Part shown: positions 18,619 through 29,774 of the stretch, one piece after another
How positions within the stretch are numbered: the first letter of the stretch is position 1
Layout: each line of letters opens with the position of its first letter
Source of the DNA: an uncultured Verrucomicrobiae bacterium
GTDB taxonomy: Bacteria; Chlamydiota; Chlamydiia; Chlamydiales; Rhabdochlamydiaceae
DNA: 64,000 nucleotides
Direction of reading: 5' to 3'
Assembly: GCA_963718565.1 (NCBI GenBank)
Contig: OY970364.1
Location: forward strand, 192,001-256,000
Program-made: the position numbers and the translations under genes
The notes under the pieces: generated by a model
Told to the model about the DNA's origin: nothing
The model's database searches: none
Seen by the model: only the letters and a program-made list of their open reading frames with translations

Positions 18619-20061
18619 TTAAGATTTTCGTGGAAGATTAGAGGATTTCTCAACTAGCTGACGCTTGAGTTCTTGAAGTGAGATGGGGTCATGGTAAATT
18701 GGAATAGGATTTTCTCGCTGATCCCGCAGATGTTTTGGAAGCATTCTCAAATTCTTATGAGGGTGCGGGAAAAGAAGGAATGCTTCCGGTAAAGCAGGAG
18801 TATTCCCATGAGGAAGGATTTTTTCAGAGGCTCGTCTGAATCGTTCTGCAAGATTATCCATGGTCAGATTTGGAAACAATTTTTGTGGCCTTTTCAAAGG
18901 TTGATCTCCGATGTATTCCTTCAATAAATCAGCTAGCCCTTCCGAGTGCTCTATTTCTTCGTCATCTATCAGAAGTCCATTTTGAATAACGTCCTCTGTC
19001 GTCACTTCCAAAAGCCGCTTGATGGAATAGGAGCGAGTTCCATTTTGCGAAATGTAGACCATGATCCAAAGCAGCAGAACAATTTCTCCTTCGATATCAT
19101 GGTCTAAGGGATCTGCAATGAATTGATCAGCAAAGTGAAGGATATATTTCCCGAATGTATTTCGGTCAATTGCATAGCCCGATTTCCATCGAGAGGTAGA
19201 GGTAGTTTGTTGTTTAGATTGTTTAATTGAAACGAGCCCTTGCAGAAGGATCTCTTGCTTTTCCACACTCCATGTGACCCCCGAAAAAATCAGCTTACGA
19301 AGTTGGATCTTCCATAGTCTTTGAAAGTCCATGAAATCTCGCCTTTTTCCAGCAGTAATCGAATGAGACACCTGGCGGTAGGCTTCAGCCACGGAGATGC
19401 CTCCTTTGGGAGCAAATCTCTGGTTTTCTAGCGTTCTTCTTCTCACTTTGAGATCTTGCTTGAGATATTCTTTTATTGTTTGTAGATAATGGTAGTGCGC
19501 CCTTTGATGGAGATTCCGCATTACTGGTTCGAGATCTTTAGAATATTCATTAACAGCGCATAATTGATTGATCAGAGTGTGAGCTTTATTTTCTTTTTCG
19601 TACCATTCGATCCATTTGGACATCTCGGCTTTAGAGGCACAGAAGAGGAGCGCCTCTAATTTCTCCTCTTCGAGCTTACGAAGATTCTCCTCGGGGGGGA
19701 CGATTTGAACAGCCCAGGGTATATGCCAAATGACTTTTTTTGCTTCAGAGGGAAAGCAACGAATGCGACATTCCGGATAAAAGCGAGGGGTGAAAACCAT
19801 GCTGATGAGAGGAGCTGATGTGGCGGCCTCTCTTACCTTTTCATTGGGCGAGAATCTCTGTAAAACATATCGGTGGGTCTCCATCATGGTCTTTAATGCT
19901 CTTTCTGACATAAGCGGACGCCCAAGGATCAAATAAATTTCGGAAAAGAAAAAGTAAAGAACATTGGATTTTTCTGCGACCTTGGCATGAAAGTCTTCGA
20001 GATTTTGCAAGAGGGATCTGATCCCTCTCGCTAATTTTTGGTGTTTAGTCAGCGCCATCAT
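18619..20061 (-). CDS. hypothetical protein; C-terminus resembles a degenerate tyrosine-recombinase fold
   Basis: 480-aa ORF overlapping the integrase stop; G-T-R...LLEV..EDV...LLKEY...KLFP pattern. Confidence 0.6.
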   Translation of the reverse strand: MMALTKHQKLARGIRSLLQNLEDFHAKVAEKSNVLYFFFSEIYLILGRPLMSERALKTMMETHRYVLQRFSPNEKVREAATSAPLISMVFTPRFYPECRIRCFPSEAKKVIWHIPWAVQIVPPEENLRKLEEEKLEALLFCASKAEMSKWIEWYEKENKAHTLINQLCAVNEYSKDLEPVMRNLHQRAHYHYLQTIKEYLKQDLKVRRRTLENQRFAPKGGISVAEAYRQVSHSITAGKRRDFMDFQRLWKIQLRKLIFSGVTWSVEKQEILLQGLVSIKQSKQQTTSTSRWKSGYAIDRNTFGKYILHFADQFIADPLDHDIEGEIVLLLWIMVYISQNGTRSYSIKRLLEVTTEDVIQNGLLIDDEEIEHSEGLADLLKEYIGDQPLKRPQKLFPNLTMDNLAERFRRASEKILPHGNTPALPEAFLLFPHPHKNLRMLPKHLRDQRENPIPIYHDPISLQELKRQLVEKSSNLPRKS

Positions 20062-21166
20062 CTACTCCTGGCGATGGATCTGAGGCGATGATCTCGCTCA
20101 AATTGGTTGTATTGACCAATTTCTCATAAACTTTTGTCGTCAATTGTTGTACGCTGGCTGCATCTGGATGGCAGTAACGAAGCAGTTGAGACAAAGTTCT
20201 GTGGCCTGTGGCGGCGGATAATTGAATATTAGAAGTTCCTGATACAGAAGCTATTGTAGCAAAACAGTGCCTCAAATCATGCACGCGGAAGTCTTCGATC
20301 GTTGCTTCTTTTAAAGCTTTTTCCCAAGGCTTGCGCAAAGTCAACTGACCAAAACGGGTTTTGCTTGCGAAAACCAAGGATTTTTCTGGATGCTTTTTGG
20401 CGAATAGATCCTTAAGCATTTCCAGTACATCACCAACGATGGCCAAGACACGTGGGCGTCCATTTTTTGTGCTTTTCAAATGGATCAAACCATTTTCAAG
20501 ATCCACTGCGTTCCACTGTAGACTCAATAATTCGCCGCTTCTTGCACCGGTTGTGAGAGCCAAAATGACGAATGGGAGAAGCAGCCTGTTGAAACTTTTT
20601 GCACATGCTTTCAGTAGACGCGAGCACTCATCAGGAGAGAGAGTTCGGTTTCTGCCCTCTGCTTCCTTAAGCTTTTTAACGCGGGACATTGGATTTGATG
20701 AAATCCACTCACACTCTTTCACTCCATGGCTTAGGACGGCTGAAAGAGAAGCAAGGTAGCGATTGACGGTAGCCTCAGTGCGCTTCTTTCCTTTTGGAAG
20801 AACTTCATCAAGGAGTTCCCTCCGGTGTCTTGAGATGAGATCTGAAGAAACATGGTTGAGAGTGAATTTCCCCAGTTTCAATTTCCACCAGTTGAGATGG
20901 CGGAGCACATCTTCTGCACTTTTGATGGAGGGAAGAATATCTTGAATGTAGCGGTCGATAAGCTCAGCTAAAGTGTGCTTTTGTCTGCACTTCTCAGGAA
21001 AGTACAGACCTTGTCTTCGCTTTGCCTCTTCCTGAATTGCCCAGTCTTTAGCTTCCTGATGTGTTGGAAAAGTTTTATATTGGATTGGAAGCCCGTCATC
21101 AGGACGGATCATGACGCGGTAGCTGTTAGTACCGTTTTTATTTTTTCTTTTTTGTATTGTTGCCAT
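20045..21166 (-). CDS. tyrosine integrase (element A)
   Basis: GARSGE, TKNG, HDLRH, GH, RY catalytic set; N-terminal arm-binding YRVMIR. Confidence 0.95.
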   Translation of the reverse strand: MATIQKRKNKNGTNSYRVMIRPDDGLPIQYKTFPTHQEAKDWAIQEEAKRRQGLYFPEKCRQKHTLAELIDRYIQDILPSIKSAEDVLRHLNWWKLKLGKFTLNHVSSDLISRHRRELLDEVLPKGKKRTEATVNRYLASLSAVLSHGVKECEWISSNPMSRVKKLKEAEGRNRTLSPDECSRLLKACAKSFNRLLLPFVILALTTGARSGELLSLQWNAVDLENGLIHLKSTKNGRPRVLAIVGDVLEMLKDLFAKKHPEKSLVFASKTRFGQLTLRKPWEKALKEATIEDFRVHDLRHCFATIASVSGTSNIQLSAATGHRTLSQLLRYCHPDAASVQQLTTKVYEKLVNTTNLSEIIASDPSPGVDDGAD

Positions 21167-21330
21167 CTGTTCATCTCCATTTGTGGTTTACGTGAACAGA
21201 CAGTTCTGATGGGATGAGCTGACACGCATAAGATGTCAGCGTGCCGTATAAGTGCCATAAGGTAAAATGTTAAGTGAAAAATTCACATAACTTTCATTCT
21301 AACTTATTGCAGAACAAGCACTTAAAAATG

Positions 21331-21377
21331 TGGGGCAACCTGGACTTGAACCAGGGACCGACGGGTTATGAGTCCGC
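21331..21377 (-). repeat. att site: 3' half of tRNA(CAT; Ile2 or Met), A/B junction
   Basis: Reverse complement GCGGACTCATAACCCGTCGGTCCCTGGTTCAAGTCCAGGTTGCCCCA: anticodon loop, T arm, acceptor 3' strand; no 5' half. Confidence 0.9.
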
Positions 21378-21603
21378 TGACGCCCGCGCCACTTCCCAGC
21401 AGCTAACTCCCCGAAATCATAGCGGAAAGCACCCCTTTCCATCCATCGCAAACTATCGCCATTTATCGCCCTTTTTTGTATGCCAGTGGTCCACAAATGG
21501 TCCACAGACAAAAAATTGAATTCTATGAATGGGCTTTCTTGTATATGATGAATACCCTTAACGAGAGCTAAATATTCGAACCGGGAAAACGAGGGACTAG
21601 CGC

Positions 21604-24600
21604 ATGAAATGGGTACTCAATTTAATCAGCTTCCTACTGTGTTTACAGGGTCTGGAAGCGTCAACTAGCCAAGTGTACCTAGGATCGCGCGAAAGTGATC
21701 CAGCAAGTTTAGTAGAGAATGTGAGTACCATCCATGGCGATTATACAGAGGTTGAAGTTGATCTTACTGTTTCATCTCCAGATTCTCTAGTTTTATCTAG
21801 GTTCTATAGCAGTAGAGACACACTCCAAACAGCTAATTTTGGTGGATGGCGTTTTAATCCTCACTGCTTTCTTTCTATTCAGAAAGATCCGAAAGGAAAA
21901 TCCTATACAAGCGCTGAAGGAAAGTTCGAGCGCACTTATGTCTATGTCGGCAATCCTGATGGAACAATCCTGACCTATGTCGGCTGGCAGAACACTACCA
22001 ACCCCTCCAAGAAGTCCCTATTTAAAATTGATCCGGAAGGGGAGGTAGCAGGAATAGCGAATACAGCGAAGGGAACCATCAGCTGCTGGACAAACCTGAA
22101 AAATAACGAACTCTATTTTGATCCCCAAACGAATGGTTTTGAACTGCTTCTCTGTTCAGAAGGAAAGCGTTCTTATAGTAAACATCCTTCCCTCGATGTC
22201 TATTTTATCACGCAAGAAGTCCTTCCGAGCGGTAATAAAGTCTTCTATGAGTTCGATGAAAAAGGACAGCTCTCTTTCATCAAAGAAACCAACGCTTCAG
22301 AGAAGAAGGTGTTGGCTTGGATTAAAATTGAATATAGAAATGGGATTCACATTGAGACAAGCGACGGAAAATCCGCTGAATATCATTTCCAGCAAGATTC
22401 CTCAGGCGCAATGCTCTTAAGCGAGGTGATTAGGTCTCATAAGCCGAGCTTATCCTACCAATACCAAGTTGTGGGCAATCAAGCTCTTTTGACTAGAAAA
22501 ACTCTGCCTGAGGGACGTTTTGTCCAAATCGACTACTCCACTGATAAAGGGCAGAAAAACAAAGTTAGATCTGTGACTACCCCAGCTGGATCAGGAGGAA
22601 TGGCAAACGTCTTATTCTCCTATGGAGACGATTACACAGAAGTCGATGGTCCTGGAGAACGCAAGGCAGTATATCGATTTGATGATGATTACCAGCTCGT
22701 TGCTGTAGAACAATGCCTAGATGGATCTCCTTATCGGATTCACAAAAAGTCATGGGGGACAAAGAGCGATGCTGGAAACTTGATCTCTACATCTGTCGAA
22801 GACGCGGGTGGCAACATTTTCTACTACAAGCACTTCACTTATGATAGCAAAGACAAAGGAAATATTGTTGAAGAAAGAGAATATGGAGACGTCATAGGTT
22901 TAGGGGCCATCTCTTTGAATGTTGATGACAGTGGCCTTGTCACAAATCAAGATGGACACATCAAGAATTATGCCTATTTCTCTGGCAAAAACACTCATGG
23001 TTTTTTCCAAACAGATGCCAAGGGAACTGGAGTCAAATATTGGTACAAGAAAGGGACTAATCTTCTCCTGAAAAAGTTCATTTTGACAAAAGGGTCCCCT
23101 GATTCGGAAGAAGAAGACTATAGATCGGGCATAAAAGAGAGACATTTTTATGCCTATAACGATGATGCTGCTCTCATTCAGGTTATCGTCGATGATGGCA
23201 AAGAAGGACCCCTCAAAGACGATTATGGGGTTACCGAAAGGACTGTCACTCGCATTTCTCCAAAGCAAGAGCTCCCTAATGTCGGAGCGCCTGAAGTAGT
23301 TGAACAGAAATACAGCTCTACAGATGGGAAATCGGAATTTCTCCTAAGAAGAACTGTCAATCAGTTCGATGGACAGGGGAACATCGCTTCCCATGCCATT
23401 TATGACGCAGATGAAAACCATTGCTATACGCTTACCAAGGGATATGAACGTGGACTACTTGTTTTTGAGACCGATCCTCTTGGGAATGAGACGCATTACT
23501 CTTACGATGGGAATCAAAATCTGATCCTTGAAACCCACTCAGACACCGGCATTTCTATTGAATATGGCTATGATTTAAGAAACTTTCCTATTTACACCCT
23601 GGAGAAAGACCGAGCAGGGAATCGATTTGGAACACAAATCAGCTATGACCCCGCAGGACACAAACTCTCGGAACTCGATCGATATGGGAATGAGACGATC
23701 TATACTAATGATTCTCTGGGACGTCCCACCCAAATTACCTATCCAGAAGCCAGCGATGGTACTCGTTCTTCTGTAAGACCCACATACACTTATACCTACG
23801 ACCTATTTGACAATCCTATCTCTGTCACAGATCCAAAGGGAAGGACACTTGTAAGATCTTACAACGTCCATGGAAAGCCAATCGAGATCAATCATCTCAA
23901 TGGAACCAAAGAAGTGTTTAGATACGATAGCGGAGGGAATCTCCACCACTACTATGGCACGGATGGCCTTCTGCAAGTGTTTGCTTATGATTACAAAGGA
24001 AGATTAAACAAGCTCGAGCACTTTAAGAGGGGAAGTAAGAGCTCTAATTATGCCTTCAAGGAAACAACTTGTAGCTATGGAGCCTTCCATAAAACTTCGG
24101 AAACTGATGCCAGAGGTGAGCAAACAACCTATACTTATGGTCATTCAGGACGTCTAGCATCTTTGAGTAAAGACAAACAGAAGGTCGAGTTCATCTATGA
24201 CAGTCTTGGAAGAACTCGTGGAGTCAAAAAGTGGAAGTCTGCCAAGACCTTCACCTTGGACATCAAAGAATACGACCTTTTAGACAGGGTTATTGAAGAG
24301 CGTACCGAAGATCAAACAGGCAAAGTGCTACTCAAAAAAAGGTACGTCTACAATGATGCAGGGCAGATTACTCAAGTGATCGGCTATCCGCAGAATAAAG
24401 AAAGTATCTTACTCAAATATGAATATGATGGATTTGGTCGTCTTTACCAGGCAACCAATGCTGCAGGGCATACATCAACTATCGAGTATGATGACGCTTT
24501 TGTTAACGAATGGGGTCAAAGAACATGTAAACGTACTCTGATTGACCCGATTGGCAATCAGACCGAAGAGATCTTTGATATAGACGGTCGATTGATCAAA

Positions 24601-27102
24601 TTGACTAAAACAGATAAGTCAGGGCAGATCCTGGCTGATTCGGAGTCTTATTATGATAGTTTAGGAAATCAAGTCGCTCAAAAATCCCTCGTTCTCTCTG
24701 CCAATGCACCCTCTAGTGCCTATGAAACTCAATGGACCCTAAACCAGGCAGACCAAGTTGAATCATTCACCTTAGGAAGAGGAACTCCAGAAGAGCGCAC
24801 TCTGCGATATGAATACAATTCTTATGGAGATATCGCAGCGAAATATAATCACGGAGCTAAAGAGCCGATCACCTATCGATACAATAATGAAGGCAACCTG
24901 GACACCATCTCTTATAAAGAGGGGAAAAATGAGATCGACTACAAGCTTTCTTACGACCATCATAAAAACATCACGGAAGTTTACTTAGATTCCTCCTTCA
25001 CACTTAGCTATTCCTTCGATGCTCACGACATGCCTCTCACTGAAAAGATCAAAGATGAATTTGGATCTTATCAGGTAGGGCGTACCTACGATTGGGAGGG
25101 GAAAATTCAAACACTCCAACTTCCGGACGGCTCATTTGTCGAGTACTTTTATGAAGGACCTTTTGTCAAAGGAGCTAAACGCTTTAGCAAAGATAAAAAG
25201 GAGCTCTATAGCTATCAGGTGGCTTCAAGAGATCTCATGGGCAACATTCTCGAGGAAATCCTGCCCGGCCACCTTGGAGGAAGAAATCAGACTTGGGATG
25301 AAGCCGGTCGCAGAATAGAAATATCGACCGATTTCTTCCAAGATCGGGTGACAGCTGATGGATACGATCCTCTTGAAAACATCAAAAAACGAGAGACCGT
25401 CCTAGATGATGAGACGTATACCATCGACTATGACTACAATGCCTTATCTCAACTGATCCTCGAGAAAGGAGAGATCGAGCACAAGTACTCTTATGATTCG
25501 ATTGGAAACCGCCTACAAAGAGACGGATCAGCTTATAAAGTCGATGGCGTTAACCAACTCATAGAGGCTGAAGGAGCTACCTATACTTTCGATCCGAATG
25601 GCAATCTTGCTACTAAAACGATAGGGACCAGAATATGGACTTATCGAAGCAATCATCTAAATCAGATCGTCTCTATCACAGACCCTGATCAAACGACCGT
25701 AAAATTCACTTACGACCCTAGCGGCAAGCGTCTGACAAAAAGAATCGAATCTAAGGGAAAGAAATCGAAGGTGCTTCGTTTCTTCTATTTAGGAGACACA
25801 GAGATCGGCTCAGTGGATGAAAAGGGAGTTATCGTTGAGCTCAAAGTCCCGGGCAATCCTAATAACCCCGAGGCTCCAAGCATTGCCATTGAAATCAAGA
25901 AGGAAACCTATGTCCCCCTTTATGATCTGCAGGGAAATATCACTTGTCTTCTCGATCATCAGAGACGAAAGGTAGTAGAAACTTATCGTTATTCTGCCTT
26001 TGGGGAAGAGGAGATCTTCAATGAAAGAGGCCGTGTTATTTCCGACTCTTCTGCAGGTAATCCTTGGAGATATCGAGGCAAACGAGTCGACAAAGAGGTC
26101 GGCCTGATGTACTTCGGCTACCGATACTATGACCCTGAAGTAGGAAGATGGATTAGCCCTGATCCTGCAGGAGTGATCGATGGCCCCAATCTCTATGCTT
26201 ATGCTCGCAACAACCCCATGAAATATGTCGACTATTTTGGCTTGAATTCCGCGCTCGATGAAAATTGTGGGTGCACACAGCATGGCCATCCCGGGTGGCA
26301 TAATGCTCCTGAAGGCTGCGTTTGCATTTGTGGGAGGAATGGGAGTGCATATTCTGCAGGGAGCTACAGAAGTAAAATCGGGAGCGATATTAAGAGCGCT
26401 ATCTGCGGGGTCAGTCACGGGGTAGTGGACTTTGTGGTCGGCTCTATCCATGACCTGCAAACTGCTGCCACTTACATTGGGGCAGCCGAATTGGAGATCA
26501 GCCTTGAGGAGCGCATTCAAATCATAGAAGCTGTTGAGCAGTCACAAGCCGATCAAATGGATAAAGTCGGAAACTGGGTGATGGACATGCTTTCTATTGA
26601 TGAATCTGATTCCGTTTACCATTCTTTTCGATCTACGGCAACCACAGGATTAGAGATTGGATCTTTGATTGCTGGGGGGTATGGAGCTGTTAAAGGGGTT
26701 ATAGCGTTCAATAAATTAGCCAAAATGCCTATGCAAGTATCCAGGCTTATTAAGGCAGAAAGTCTTGTTGTTAAAAATATTGGGCAATCTAACAAAATTT
26801 GGACTTCAACAAAAAAAAGAACATCTGTCCAAAATGCTTATAGGCATTGGAAAGATCATGGGCATGAATTCTCTACACTGCAAAATTCAAAACAGTATGT
26901 TGAAGCAACAAGAAATTTTACTCAAAACCCTCCTTCAGGAACCCTTACGAAAATTCGACCAAATGGAGATGTTGTTCTTTACAATCCATCTTCTAATACT
27001 TTCGCTATAACAAATGAACAAGGATTGCCTCGTACCATGTATAAACCCGATCCTTTAATTCATAATTATTCAACAAACTTGGAATATTTTTATGGTCAAT
27101 AA
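21604..27102 (+). CDS. Rhs/YD-repeat polymorphic toxin with signal peptide and putative RNase tip
   Basis: Hydrophobic N-terminus; YD repeats; NPWRYRGKR, RYYDPEVGRWISPDP, NNPMKYVDYFG core; HWKDHGHEF...RTMYKP tip. Confidence 0.93.
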   Translation: MKWVLNLISFLLCLQGLEASTSQVYLGSRESDPASLVENVSTIHGDYTEVEVDLTVSSPDSLVLSRFYSSRDTLQTANFGGWRFNPHCFLSIQKDPKGKSYTSAEGKFERTYVYVGNPDGTILTYVGWQNTTNPSKKSLFKIDPEGEVAGIANTAKGTISCWTNLKNNELYFDPQTNGFELLLCSEGKRSYSKHPSLDVYFITQEVLPSGNKVFYEFDEKGQLSFIKETNASEKKVLAWIKIEYRNGIHIETSDGKSAEYHFQQDSSGAMLLSEVIRSHKPSLSYQYQVVGNQALLTRKTLPEGRFVQIDYSTDKGQKNKVRSVTTPAGSGGMANVLFSYGDDYTEVDGPGERKAVYRFDDDYQLVAVEQCLDGSPYRIHKKSWGTKSDAGNLISTSVEDAGGNIFYYKHFTYDSKDKGNIVEEREYGDVIGLGAISLNVDDSGLVTNQDGHIKNYAYFSGKNTHGFFQTDAKGTGVKYWYKKGTNLLLKKFILTKGSPDSEEEDYRSGIKERHFYAYNDDAALIQVIVDDGKEGPLKDDYGVTERTVTRISPKQELPNVGAPEVVEQKYSSTDGKSEFLLRRTVNQFDGQGNIASHAIYDADENHCYTLTKGYERGLLVFETDPLGNETHYSYDGNQNLILETHSDTGISIEYGYDLRNFPIYTLEKDRAGNRFGTQISYDPAGHKLSELDRYGNETIYTNDSLGRPTQITYPEASDGTRSSVRPTYTYTYDLFDNPISVTDPKGRTLVRSYNVHGKPIEINHLNGTKEVFRYDSGGNLHHYYGTDGLLQVFAYDYKGRLNKLEHFKRGSKSSNYAFKETTCSYGAFHKTSETDARGEQTTYTYGHSGRLASLSKDKQKVEFIYDSLGRTRGVKKWKSAKTFTLDIKEYDLLDRVIEERTEDQTGKVLLKKRYVYNDAGQITQVIGYPQNKESILLKYEYDGFGRLYQATNAAGHTSTIEYDDAFVNEWGQRTCKRTLIDPIGNQTEEIFDIDGRLIKLTKTDKSGQILADSESYYDSLGNQVAQKSLVLSANAPSSAYETQWTLNQADQVESFTLGRGTPEERTLRYEYNSYGDIAAKYNHGAKEPITYRYNNEGNLDTISYKEGKNEIDYKLSYDHHKNITEVYLDSSFTLSYSFDAHDMPLTEKIKDEFGSYQVGRTYDWEGKIQTLQLPDGSFVEYFYEGPFVKGAKRFSKDKKELYSYQVASRDLMGNILEEILPGHLGGRNQTWDEAGRRIEISTDFFQDRVTADGYDPLENIKKRETVLDDETYTIDYDYNALSQLILEKGEIEHKYSYDSIGNRLQRDGSAYKVDGVNQLIEAEGATYTFDPNGNLATKTIGTRIWTYRSNHLNQIVSITDPDQTTVKFTYDPSGKRLTKRIESKGKKSKVLRFFYLGDTEIGSVDEKGVIVELKVPGNPNNPEAPSIAIEIKKETYVPLYDLQGNITCLLDHQRRKVVETYRYSAFGEEEIFNERGRVISDSSAGNPWRYRGKRVDKEVGLMYFGYRYYDPEVGRWISPDPAGVIDGPNLYAYARNNPMKYVDYFGLNSALDENCGCTQHGHPGWHNAPEGCVCICGRNGSAYSAGSYRSKIGSDIKSAICGVSHGVVDFVVGSIHDLQTAATYIGAAELEISLEERIQIIEAVEQSQADQMDKVGNWVMDMLSIDESDSVYHSFRSTATTGLEIGSLIAGGYGAVKGVIAFNKLAKMPMQVSRLIKAESLVVKNIGQSNKIWTSTKKRTSVQNAYRHWKDHGHEFSTLQNSKQYVEATRNFTQNPPSGTLTKIRPNGDVVLYNPSSNTFAITNEQGLPRTMYKPDPLIHNYSTNLEYFYGQ

Positions 27103-27361
27103 AATCAATAAGCTAGCTTGTAGAGTATGTGGAAAAATTCAGGATGATCCTCCGTGGGGAGAAGATGGACAATCCCCAACATATGATATATGCGATTGTT
27201 GTGGAACTGAATTTGGATATGGGGACTGCACATTAAAGGCTATTCAAGCTTCGAGAGAGCGCTGGTTAGCCAAAGATGCTGATTGGAGATATCCGGAAGA
27301 AAAACCAAAGAATTGGTCATTGGAAGAGCAGATGAAAAATATTCCTCAAGAGTACAGGTAA
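27092..27361 (+). CDS. Cys-rich (CPCC-like) putative immunity protein
   Basis: CRVCG...ICDCCGTEFGYGD; overlaps toxin stop. Confidence 0.75.
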   Translation: MVNKINKLACRVCGKIQDDPPWGEDGQSPTYDICDCCGTEFGYGDCTLKAIQASRERWLAKDADWRYPEEKPKNWSLEEQMKNIPQEYR

Positions 27362-27383
27362 GTTTTCTAGAGAGGAACTAAAA

Positions 27384-27641
27384 ATGGAAAAAAATGAAAA
27401 ATATTGCCCTTGTCCATGCTGTAATTTTTTGACTAGATCTGAACCAGATCATGGCACATTTGAAATTTGTCCTGTGTGTAATTGGGAAGATGATGATGTG
27501 CAATTTAATAACCCAGACTTTCGCGGTGGGGCTAACCAAGAAAGCCTTAATGAAGCCAGAGAAAATTATAAAAAATTTGGGGCTTCAGCTCAAAAATATA
27601 TAAAAGCGGTTAGACCGCCACTTCCAGAGGAAATTCCATGA
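27384..27641 (+). CDS. CPCC Cys-rich protein, second putative immunity gene
   Basis: CPCC...FEICPVCNWEDD...GGANQESLNEARENY. Confidence 0.85.
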   Translation: MEKNEKYCPCPCCNFLTRSEPDHGTFEICPVCNWEDDDVQFNNPDFRGGANQESLNEARENYKKFGASAQKYIKAVRPPLPEEIP

Positions 27642-28637
27642 TAGCCAAAAAAATTATCATGGAGAATATGTGTGAATGCCATGCCAGCATGTTTATTTTG
27701 GGCAAATGAGGGTTGACTGAGGGTGTATGAATCTAACTCCGCCTGATCGCGTAAATCCGATTCTTGAATTTCAGTCTCTTATTGTTTTTCTGGCTGTTCA
27801 ATATTTTCAGCTGTTCGATATATATTGAACAGTTGAATTAAGTGAACAGACAGCATCTATGGTTTTTGAGAGTCAAAGTTCTGCCTCTATCCACCGACCA
27901 TCTCTGTCAAAATCTATAATTCGATTTTGAAGATCGGCTCAAAGACCTCTTGAAAGACATGTGTTTTGGGATCTAGTTGGTAGAGTTTTCCAGGGCGTTT
28001 TGCAATCGTCTTCTGTAAGCTTGTCTCGATATTTGTAATCGAGCCTAGAATCAATGCATTACGCTTTTCAAAAGCCTGCTGATCATGAGGCGGATAAGCC
28101 ACCGCGCAAATAGGGCGCAGCTCTCCAGCTGCTTTGCTTCCCATAATCAAACGGGTATGCATCTCAGCGTCAACCATGTCCTCAAACTCCTTAAAATGCG
28201 AACGGAACTCCAAGTCATAGTAGCCAACTTGATCGTCGACGATTTTTCCTATGGGGAGCTCTATGCCCTCTTCCCAAAATTGGAGCCAGAAACCCAGTTG
28301 TCTTTGTCTAATCAGCTTGAGAGAAAGTCCTATTGGGTTAACGCCGCATTTTCAACTTCTTCTTTGTAAACCCAATGTATTCGAAAAAGAGATAACAGGA
28401 TTGAATCGGCCGGAATCTTCGCCCAAATGTTTTTATAAACGGATCATGTAGATCATTCCAAGTTTGCGGAATCTCCATTAGAGATCTAACTACAGGATTA
28501 TCAAAATAAATCAATTCCATCACGGATTCCATAGGGAAAAAGTGAAATTTTACACTGACGCCATTTTTCGTTCCAACAGTTTGCAATAGAATTCGATCGT
28601 TTACAACTAAACTCGTGTTATAACAATAGGAGCAAAT

Positions 28638-29774
28638 ATGGGACGGAAAGAAAGCCTCGAGAAGGCGGAAAATGATCTCAGAGGAATTATCGTGAGGACG
28701 CATAGGCATTGCAAAACCTATCGAGTGCGCATTCGGATGAAGGGCGGTCAGTGTTTTGACAGGTCGTTTAGATCGAAGACTTTGGCTAAAAAATGGAAGA
28801 GAGATATGGAGTCGGCAATCGAGCATGATCGGTATGAATTCACGAATCCTGCAACCAAGCACACTCTTGCGGATTTGATTGACCTCTACATTGAGAGAGT
28901 GCTGCCTGGAAAGCCACGGAATGCCAAGAATGTTTTTCGGCACCTGACTTGGTGGAAGGAGGAACTTGGGCATTTGTTGTTAGCTCAAGTGCGGCCTAGC
29001 ATAATCGCAGAAAAAAGGGATGAGCTGCTTGCGGGCTTGGTCAGGAGCGGAAAGCTGCGCTCTCCTACGACGGTGGTGCGCTATTTGAGCAGCTTATCTC
29101 ATGTCTTTTCAAAAGCAGTTAAAGAATGGGAGTGGATGAGAGAGAATCCGGTTTTTAAGATTGAAAAGCCCAAGCAGGCGCAAGGCAGAAAGCGGGTATT
29201 AACCGAAGAGGAGCAGCAAAGGCTTTTGCAATCATGCCAAGAGAGCGGATCGAAAGACTTGTTTTTGATCGTTGCTCTTGCCCTAGGAACGGGTATGCGA
29301 AAAGGCGAAATAATGGGGCTTAGATGGAGAAATATGCAGTTGGGAGAACCCACAGGAACGATTGTGCTCGAAAGAACGAAGAATGGTCGTTCAAGGTCTG
29401 TTTTGATTACCGGCTTGTTGTTAGAGCTTTTACAGGAACGACGGAAACAACAGTGCACTGATAGCTTGGTCTTTCCATCTCCCAATTATCCCAACCAACC
29501 TATTGATATTCGATCTGCTTGGGAAAAAGCTTTGCAAAAAGCTGGAATAGAAGGATTTGTTTTCCATGGATTGCGTCATCAGGCGGCTTCTCAAGCAGCA
29601 ACGATTGAAAACAGCCCCTTGGTGATCGGAGAGTTGCTCGGCCACCAGACCCTTCAGATGACCAGGCATTACGTTCATTTGCCAAGCGCTCATATGCACA
29701 CGATGGTCGAAGCACTTCAATCAAAAATTTTTCAAAACTATCAGGAGGGCAGCCATGCACAACTTAGAAAATAA
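28638..29774 (+). CDS. tyrosine integrase (internal module B')
   Basis: GMRKGE, TKNG, HGLRH, LGH, HY; paralogous to 37367..38458. Confidence 0.93.
   Translation: MGRKESLEKAENDLRGIIVRTHRHCKTYRVRIRMKGGQCFDRSFRSKTLAKKWKRDMESAIEHDRYEFTNPATKHTLADLIDLYIERVLPGKPRNAKNVFRHLTWWKEELGHLLLAQVRPSIIAEKRDELLAGLVRSGKLRSPTTVVRYLSSLSHVFSKAVKEWEWMRENPVFKIEKPKQAQGRKRVLTEEEQQRLLQSCQESGSKDLFLIVALALGTGMRKGEIMGLRWRNMQLGEPTGTIVLERTKNGRSRSVLITGLLLELLQERRKQQCTDSLVFPSPNYPNQPIDIRSAWEKALQKAGIEGFVFHGLRHQAASQAATIENSPLVIGELLGHQTLQMTRHYVHLPSAHMHTMVEALQSKIFQNYQEGSHAQLRK

Noticed and set aside
15146..21166. Prophage
   Set aside because: No capsid, portal, large terminase, tail or lysis genes recognised
21274..21519. ORFs across att sites (also 38475..38666 and 52976..53170)
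   Set aside because: They are translations of tRNA fragments and arm sites; their similarity reflects the DNA repeat
27914..28530. Minus-strand ORF pieces (99 aa, and the tail of the 211-aa call)
   Set aside because: Probably a decayed gene, but no family recognised; most of the 211-aa call is antisense to the integrase
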